A DNA stretch of 61,893 nt, counting the filler, from Sphacelaria rigidula (Eukaryota): NCBI GenBank assembly GCA_964200075.2. It is 5 parts of 5 records of this genome, joined end to end, with 100 filler letters (N's around TTAATTAATTAA, not from the genome) between each part and the next. Parts side by side here need not be neighbours in the genome. Positions count along the whole stretch, not along the records: positions 49,597 to 61,893 come from CAXNAA020003909.1; 4 more parts are not named here. The stretch is one strand, 5' to 3'. Below the pieces are notes generated by a model. That model was not told the origin of the DNA. It ran no database searches and was given only the letters and a program-made list of their open reading frames with translations. Position 1 is the first letter of the stretch. Every line of letters begins with the position of its first letter. Below are positions 54,200-61,893 of the stretch, one piece after another. A program made the position numbers and the translations under genes.

Positions 54200-55340
54200 A
54201 TGTGCGGGTTTGGCTTCCTACGATCCGGTTACTCAAAGTGGAGGTGGTGAAAGCAATGCTGTCCGGGTGTGATACGTGGACGCTGCGCCCAGAGGATTTC
54301 GAGAATCTGTGTACTGCCCAGCACAGCCCTTACTGCGAGCAGTTGGCTTCTGCAGGAAGAGCCGTGGTGAAAATAAGAGTCTTTCGTACAGAGCTGTGCT
54401 CAAGATTACCAAATGCGAACCTATAGAGATGGCCATCCGCAAACATCAATTCTGCTTCGCGAAGGCCCTTGTCTGGCAGAATGAAGAATGCGCCCCGAAG
54501 CGCGTCATGTTCGGGCGGCTTGACTGCACAAGGGCACAAGGGTACTGACGGGCATCGGAAGCACTGGGGAGACCGCCTCAAGGAGGACACGCGTGCCCTA
54601 GGGGCTATCCGACGTTGGGAAGAAATAGGGAAGTAGCTCGTTGACGATGGGGAGGTCAGACACTGGCAAGATTGGGCCCCTGCCGCTGAGAATACGAGCA
54701 CATGATACTTGGGGGTCGTGAAAGGGGCGGACGGGTTTAAGGAGACCCGACGACCCCACGGCCTCCGGCAATCCAACATACGCCGCAAGCAAGAGGTTGT
54801 TAGCGTTGGTAGTGGTATACATTAGAGGCACCATCAGTGGATAAAAAACAATAACAACATATCCTAGCGGCTGTCGGCTTCTCTTCTCGGCTCGTAGATC
54901 TACGTCTGTTTTCTACTCCTGCTTACTTACTTCGTTTCAGGTTTCCTCCTCTTCCCCTTTGTAATTATTATTATTCCTATTTTTCTGTTCCTCACTTCTT
55001 CTTTCTTCAGTTGATTTTGTTTGTTTTTCCTGGTCTCACTGACCCTGCGGTACTAGTGTTCCGTGTCTCCTGCCTGCAGAGGTAGGGTTGACCGCTCAGA
55101 GTTCCTGCCCACCCGTGCGGTTTCAGTGACCTGAGTTGCAACTTGTTTTGACCGTCTTACTTGTTGCGCGGGCTCCTTGCTTGAAGCCCTGGTACAGGGT
55201 TGTCGAGTGTACCTCTCATATTCGGTACCACTTACTCCTTAGCCTGGTGAATTGTGCCGGCTCACTTTTGCTTGTTTCTTTTTCTTCCTTTTGATATCTC
55301 CCTATTTCTATCGAGTTTTTTTTCAGCGCGCATTTTCCGT
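54200..55340 (+). mobile_element. 5'-truncated RTE LINE (post-RT region plus 3' UTR), in a probable PIP5K intron
   Basis: IRLLKVEVVKAMLSGCDTWTL, LLRAVGFCRKSRGENKSLSYRAVLKITKCEPIEMAIRKHQFCFA, PKRVMFGRL and HWGDRLKED, with frameshifts. Confidence 0.85.
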
Positions 55341-55420
55341 TTGTTCACATTGGGTTGCATACGACGAGCTTGTGATCATGGGTGAATTCGCAGCGGATAT
55401 ATTCATGTGCGGCATTCAAC

Positions 55421-55692
55421 CCCGGTGGTGTAATGGTCCGCCTGTCGCCATAAGGGTGAAAAGAACGAGGGTTCGACCCCCGATGCGTTGGGTTTTTTCT
55501 TCGTAGTACCTCTAATTTCCACCATGGAAAGCGTGAGAACGTGAACAAACAAAATAGTCTACTGAGTTCGTTTGACATGGGTTGACGCGGTGCGGGAGTG
55601 CTGACCAAATCCGCGAGACCAAAACGCAAGGCGTGTACTAGATGGGTTGATTCCTTGCGACCACAGACTCGTCCCGAGGAAGGGGAGGGGTT
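55421..55692 (+). mobile_element. tRNA-derived SINE, second family
   Basis: A box GGTGGTGTAATGG, B box GGTTCGACCCC; 3' end GACTCGTCCCGAGGAAGGGG shared with the element at 23822-24099. Confidence 0.7.
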
Positions 55693-55788
55693 CAAAGTGC
55701 AACAAATAAATAAATATAATCAAATAATCTTTTTTTTTTAAATCAACAAGTCGTTCAATCAGCACGACGTAAAATGCAGACAACGTAC

Positions 55789-55928
55789 ATATTTCGGCGA
55801 GATGGTCGTCTTGCTCGTCCCCGACTGGCCGCCGCTGATGTGGACGTCCTTGTAATGCAACCCTGCGCAGTGCTGCAGCGTGATATGGACTGTTCCCGGA
55901 CGCCGCTTCCCTCTTCGAGCGATCCATA
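55789..55928 (-). CDS. Putative upstream exon of the PIP5K gene (low-complexity insert)
   Basis: TGTGCAG acceptor and GTACGT donor; a phase 0-2 reading (YGSLEEGSGVREQSISR...) is compatible with exon 53922-53788. Confidence 0.45.
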
Positions 55929-58562
55929 CTGCACAATCAATATCAATACCAAAAAAGAAAAAAATAGAACGACATCAACATGGAAGAGAGGAGACGCAAA
56001 ACAACATCGCCGTCAACACGAACGGAAATTCGAAGAAATGAATGAAAGACGCAATATAAGATCGATTATAATTACATGAAAGATTATCACCCCATCGATC
56101 CCTCAATAGCGACTGGGACGTGAAATAGGATTATCAGCAACGCAACAACCCAAGGCATCGATAGCCACATCATTGTCTGCGTCAGCGTCAACATCACAAT
56201 GCCAAACATCGACGTGAACATAAAAATTGTTGGAATATGTCCCCCACGTGTTCGACACCAACCACAGCACGATAGATTCAGATGTGGGTGAAATCGAGAG
56301 TGAATCATCCCTCTGAAGGTGGGAATAAAGCATGCCTCCACATCTCTACAAACTCCCATATTTCGGCGGGAGTAAGTAGAAGCTTGAAACTACGCGCCTC
56401 CGTTGCAGTTGGTACAACAAGCTGCTGTTTTCAATTACCACCACAAAAGTATAACTTCGGCCATTCTCCATATATTTTCCCCATCAGAAATGGTACTGTC
56501 CTAGGTGTCATCCCTCGCATGTGGCCTACCCGAAAACTACGGACCAACTTCCTCGTGGACAACCCTTTAGCCCACCTTCACAGCTCCGCCACGGCCGCGA
56601 GTGAATTGACCAACGTTTTCTCATAGTTTGCGCTGAAAATAGCAACGTGACGAACACGCGGTGTACCGCATGTTCGCGACTAGCTGACGGCAAATTCGAA
56701 GTTCGAAAACACAAATACAAACACGCAAGGAGCCATGATACATCCACACACCATACCGCCCACACATTCGCACTTACCTAGTATCCATTACTAGAATTTG
56801 AGAGTACCACATTCGCATTGCGTGCAAACCGATTTTTGTGCCTTAGTAGTATAGCGTGTGCATGAGGAACGAGTCGGAGGTTGCCAACGAGACGTGGATG
56901 ATTGGAACAATAACAATACCATACGTGTACAGACAGCACAGACAGTACAGACTGTTGCTGACGACAGATCCCCCTACAGGCGGTACAGCACAGCACGTTT
57001 CCATCAGCATGTAGTACGTGTACAGTCTGCGACCTACTGCTGCCAAGGCATGTAGAGTATCAGATTATCACCACGTGCGACCGAACTTCGTACTGTAGTG
57101 TGTGCGTGGGGAAGGAATTGGAGGTTGAACGGAACACGTGGACGATTGTCACACGGCGGCATACTATACGGTGCAGTAGGCAGTGCTTTTTTCATACCCT
57201 ACACAATGAAATGCGATTCTTAAGTAGAACACTACTTTATTGCCAGAAAGTGGGATGCATATCGCTTGCATGCACGACTCGAAATGCAATCGGAGCCAAG
57301 CACCACCACCGTACCAATAGGTGGCTGCGGATAAGGTCGTTAAAGCGAAGATAGCCTTGGCCAAAGAGGCGAGCGCTGTCAGGTTATCGATTAGTGCAAT
57401 GCAGACAATATACTTGGTTGTGGCTCCTAATACCAAAGTGACAGTGAACACATGACGTTCTCTTCTCGACCGTCCTCTTTCTCAAGATAAAAAAACAAGC
57501 CCGCGGGAAATGTTCTCGTTTTGAAATGCAATTTTGAGCGCCCTGGGGAGCCTATCCGAAAATCTGGGCATTTCTTTCGTGTTCCTCAACTCGCAGCCTG
57601 CACGATGGAATCTCTACTTTCGGTGGTTAGGCCACGTTTCTCTTGTTAACTTTCGGCCGGAACACATTCGAATGCGGATCCGACAACATGTTACAAAATC
57701 TTCAAGGGCAGGTCGGGTAGGTTATATGCTTTTGAATACTCGGGTGAATCAACCCGACATTCACTATACCCAAGCTTTGGGTAGATTGGGTACGACCTCG
57801 AACCCAATATTGGGTAGGCAGTCTCAGCAATACCTGAGCACAGAGTTTGACTTGGATATGACCTCCATACTCTACTCAAAATTTCGGATAGATTGGGTAC
57901 GACCTCAAGTACTCTACAGAAACTTTGGGTAAGCACTCCGAGCAATACCTGGGCAAGGAGGTTCACTTGGGTATGACATCAATACTCTACCCAAAATTTA
58001 GGTATGCTGGGTACGATCTAAAATTCTCGACCCAAAATTGGGGCAGATTGGGTACGATTTCTACACTTCACCCAACCATTGGGGAAGGCCCTGTCTTAGC
58101 GCATCATTCTTCGATCGAAAAAAAGGTGCGGTGAAATTGATTTGAGCGAATTCGTTCATTTCTCGCGAGTTGGATCCAAACGGATTTGCAAGATCTCGTT
58201 CGAAAAAAGACAGTGAAATGAATGAATTCGTGAAGCGGTACTTGTCCGCTCGCCTTCAGTACAGTACTGTACCGTCTGCGCTCTTTTCAAACAGTGTGCC
58301 TGAGCGTGTGTCTGCGCATTTCGTACAGCAGGGTGTGAAGGAGACGGGGGCAACGTGCAGTACAGACAGCGCAGGATTATATGTACTCTCTGCTGATAGT
58401 GCGACGTGAAACGGACTTGGACAACATGCAGTTTTGTACTGCCTGCACTGTCTATGAATGTACGCAAGTCGATCGTCCACCCTACCACGCAGTTCCGTCG
58501 CCGATCTTCACCATGAAAAAAGATGCTCAAGTTTTCGCCGACAAATAAGAAACATGACATAC

Positions 58563-58691
58563 CCAACTACTGCAGTGTATCTATCCCCGTGCCCAACTCG
58601 TGCACGATGCTGCAGGGTTGCAGTGGTGGCTGAGAGTGACTTGTGTGGGATTTGCATGGTTCTGTGACCGGGTGGTATCTGGCGTGGTGAT
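58563..58691 (-). CDS. Putative further upstream exon (PIP5K gene?)
   Basis: CTTGCAG acceptor and GTATGT donor; one open frame (SPRQIPPGHRTMQIPHKSLSATTATLQHRARVGHGDRYTAVV). Confidence 0.35.
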
Positions 58692-58844
58692 CTGCAAGAT
58701 AGGAGTCAAGTACCCCTTCGTACCTTTCCTCCACATATTTTCGATTGAAAAAGCCAACATCAGGTCGGGTAGGGTATGAACTTTTAAACACTCGGGTAGA
58801 AAACCCGGGTATTCACTTTTCCCAAGGTTTTGGGTAGATTGGGT

Positions 58845-59199
58845 GTGTGTGTTGTCATCCCATTTATTCTCGACGTCGGTCTACACCTTCCGGTATATGT
58901 GGGCGCACCAGTCGGGGTCACACAGGAGGACGGTCAAGACAGGGGTTCTTTCTTATTTGTTTTAGCTCTCCACCTTCCTTCGGCGGTGCTTGCCTTTGTT
59001 TTTTATCGCGAAAGGGGTTCGTTTAGCGGTCCCTTTCCCTCGTCGATCGTCAAGTCGAATTTTGTGTGCCCACGACATAATCGCTCTCCACTGTTGGGCA
59101 CTGTGTGAGAGAAACTCCCAGATCGCTCCGAGACTCGAACCCACGACCCAATCGCCAGAGGGTTGCGAGGTTACCAACTGAGCCACAGGGGCGACCGGC
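58845..59199 (-). mobile_element. tRNA-derived SINE with (CA)n tail and 7-bp TSD
   Basis: Head GCCGGTCGCCCCTGTGGCTCAGTTGG (A box) and GGTTCGAGTC (B box); ATTGGGT duplicated at 58838-58844 and 59201-59207. Confidence 0.9.
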
Positions 59200-60774
59200 T
59201 ATTGGGTACAGCCTCAAAAAGTCTGACCAAATTTTGGGTAAATTGGGTACGACATAAAATACTCTACTCAAATATTGGGTAAGCACTCTCAGCAATACCT
59301 GGCTATTCAGTATGACTTGGGTATGACCTCAATACTCTACCCAAATTTTAGGTCGATTGGATACGACGTCAAATACTCCACCCAAATATTGGGTAACCAT
59401 TCTAAGCAATACTTCAATATAGAGTATCACTTGGGTATTACCTCAATACTCTACCCAAAATTCGGGTATGTTGGGCAAGATCTGAAAACCCTCCCCACAC
59501 TTTGGGTGCGATTTCAATGCTCTACCCATATGGTTGGGTACTAAGAGCATGACTTTTAAAAATACCGAGTATTGGGTATTATACCCTATTCGACCTGCCC
59601 TTGAAGTTCTTGTCATATTGTACTGACCGCAACAAAGGTGGACGACCGTCATAAACTTCTTGGGGAGGCTCTGTCACACATTATCGCATATGCCGCAATC
59701 CAAACATTTGTGATGTCCCCGATGACATTAATTTGATGCATGAACGTCAACAAAGGTATTGCCTTAGCGCTTTGTCGGGCACACAGGTCAACACAACTAA
59801 CGGTGAAAAGAGATACATCCAGCCAACTGTGGTGTGTCAAACCCAAGCGGTCGCATCACGCAGAAGGTCGCGTAGGTAGACATGCACATGCTGCTGCCTT
59901 ATGGCACCAGGAAAAACATCGTGTGCATCATAAAATACATGAAGCAGCAAAGCATGTGTTGTACACAGGCTTTACACCTACGCTTACTGGACACAATATC
60001 AGAACAGAGAGCCGACCAAGCTACCGAGGGTTCACGCACATGTACGTCATAACACCGCTGTATTGCCTGCTCGCGCAAATAATTCAGAAGAAATATGCGA
60101 TGATTGTGCATAAATGTTGAACGCGTGAGCACTTCTGTTTTCGTTTGCCATACTTTTCAACAATTTCCTTCCTCGGGAGAGGTCCGTCATCTCAAGGAAC
60201 CAACCCATGCCGCCCGAGAAATAAACCGAACAGATGATGAACATCTGCTGGGAATCAAACCCCTTGCTCCGCCCTGACCGACCAAGATATACGTCCTCCG
60301 TCCCATAAGTTTGCTTACTTATGCTTGTACGGGCGCTTAACTGGGTTTGCTTTTTTCGTTTGTTAATAAACGATTTCTTGCCGTAGTTCTTGTTTTTATT
60401 TTTATTTTATTTTTTTATTTTTTATTTTTTTTAGGGGGGGGTTCTTGAGTTTTGGGACATCCAGTTTTGGGGCCAAGCAAGGAATATCGCCATCACATGT
60501 CTTGCACACTTTAGCACCACCCTGCCGAGAGGATGGTAGCCTACTTTTCCGACTCGCTTCGCTTCCAGGTTTCGAGAATGCTCTCTTGACGAAAATCTAG
60601 TTGGGCATGAGAAATTGCAAGGGTCGGACGAGTTATTGATTCGTATGGGAATTACTTGATGTTCATAGAGTTGATTCGTACCGTACGAATCAATCCTGAA
60701 GCTTTGTTTCCAGCGTTGCAACCCAGGTACGCGCAGCCCAGGCACGTGGAATGGCGCAAAAATTGCGTGGAGAC

Positions 60775-61893
60775 CTTCTTGACCAACGGTCACCTTTCTT
60801 CTCTCTTCCGAGCAATCAGGCCTAGAAAATCGTAGATTTGGTGATGGGAACCGGCCTTCCTTCCTCCTGGCCTGCTCCCTGCGGGGGTAGGCCGAGGACC
60901 GCTAGTGATCTTAAACCACACACAAAGACCACCAAACCAACGAAGGCGGAGCAGGGAAAGGTAAGGGACACAAGCCCGAGCATCGTGTCGACGTGGACTC
61001 TGAGTTTGGGGCGACAGGAGATACAGGGGTCGTGAGACACAGTGTAACTCATATCGCACTAAAATTTCCAGATACCACCCCCTTCCCCCGACTGCCCATA
61101 CTGGGGTGGGCAGAAGTCCACCTGTGATCTTAGACCACCATCCAAAGATCATTCAACGACAGTGGAGACACGAGTCCGAACCTCGTATCGACGGGGAGAC
61201 TACGTTAGGAAGATAAGAGGCACCACGATCACAAGAGTGGCGTGTGCTTCGTTTCGGAACAACTTAGCGGCGGCATGCAGCTAAACGCTAAAGCATCGGT
61301 CTGGACACCGGGGTTATGCAGCAGCGGAGAGCGCAGTGGGGACAGCCCAGACAGGAATGGAAGGGCTGCGCATCGCGTGGGTACGCACACCAGGAGCGAG
61401 GAAGGAGTAGAGTCGGACAGAGCAGGAGAGTTGCACCTGCCTGTGAAAAAAGACAAGCACCGGGCTAGCAATAGCCAGAGAGTCCAAAACGCGATAAAAA
61501 TCGAGCAAATAAACAAGAGCAGGAAAAAGAAGAGGAGGGACCGGGCGAGGCGGAGGCGTGCTAGGAAAGCAGCACGAGTAGCCCGGGCGAGACAGCGGAG
61601 TCGACTTGTTGAGGTAGCTACTTACAATGTCAGAACTCTAGCTGTGAAAGGGGCCAATGGATGGGGGCGAGACTACAGCGTCCTGTACGAGGCCGCGAGA
61701 CTTAACATCTCGCTGGTAGGACTACAGGAGACACGAAAGGCGGGGCGAACAGACTGTACAGCAGCCGGGTTCAGAGTCTTCTGCTGTGGGAGCGAGTCAG
61801 GTGGGCAACACGGTGTGGGTATAGCCGTGAAAGAGTCGATTTGCAATAACGCCACCTATACCACTGAGTACGTTGACGAGCGCCTCATGGCAA
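60775..61893 (+). mobile_element. RTE LINE, 5' end (leader plus ORF start)
   Basis: Intact APE ORF preceded by a ~500-bp leader. 60775-60845 is also homologous to window 6-76, so it is repetitive. The true 5' boundary is uncertain. Confidence 0.8.
61275..61893 (+). CDS. RTE-clade LINE ORF N-terminus: PAM2-like peptide, basic tract, AP endonuclease (truncated by the window end)
   Basis: ATG at 61275 is the first after an in-frame TAG at 61206 and is open for 206 codons to the end. APE motifs VATYNVRTL, LVGLQETR and GQHGVGIAV. Absent from the ORF track, presumably because it has no stop. Confidence 0.92.
   Translation, partial: MQLNAKASVWTPGLCSSGERSGDSPDRNGRAAHRVGTHTRSEEGVESDRAGELHLPVKKDKHRASNSQRVQNAIKIEQINKSRKKKRRDRARRRRARKAARVARARQRSRLVEVATYNVRTLAVKGANGWGRDYSVLYEAARLNISLVGLQETRKAGRTDCTAAGFRVFCCGSESGGQHGVGIAVKESICNNATYTTEYVDERLMA

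Larger units (their letters stand above)
57684..59620. mobile_element. TIR element(s) with TTGGGTA/TACCCAA-rich arms
   Basis: CTTCAAGGGCAGGTCG at 57700 and its reverse complement at 59591-59606. The left-end sequence recurs at 58761, so there may be two copies. A SINE is nested at 58845. Confidence 0.75.

Noticed and set aside
60905-61000. Canonical twister ribozyme (TAA...CAAGCCC...GTGGA resemblance)
   Set aside because: The conserved loop U and the GC pseudoknot partner are missing and unit 2 does not preserve the pattern; kept only as an unclassified structured repeat.

Overview
This is eukaryotic DNA, most likely a brown alga or related stramenopile. That is inferred from intron-rich genes with 0.6-2 kb introns, a large Cys-rich repeat protein, RTE LINEs and TTAGGG tracts. 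The window is not one locus. It is five contigs of 12301, 12299, 12299, 12297 and 12297 bp in descending length, joined by artificial N44-TTAATTAATTAA-N44 linkers, so nothing can be inferred across the linkers. Three partial host genes were reconstructed by hand-splicing: ten consecutive exons of a GCC2/GCC3-type Cys-rich protein with one GC-AG intron (contig 2, minus), the first three exons of an RRM RNA-binding protein (contig 4, plus), and the last exons of a PIP5K-family lipid kinase (contig 5, minus). Most of the rest is transposon-derived: a Copia 3' end with LTR, pogo and hAT transposase relics, RTE LINE fragments, tRNA-derived SINEs and several MITE families. The most interesting signal is at the far end and is missing from the ORF track. 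An RTE LINE 5' end (ORF 61275->61893) encodes a protein that starts with a PAM2w-like poly(A)-binding-protein motif (MQLNAKASVWTP) and a basic tract ahead of the AP endonuclease, and its leader carries two structured repeat units. Nearly all short ORFs in the supplied track look spurious.
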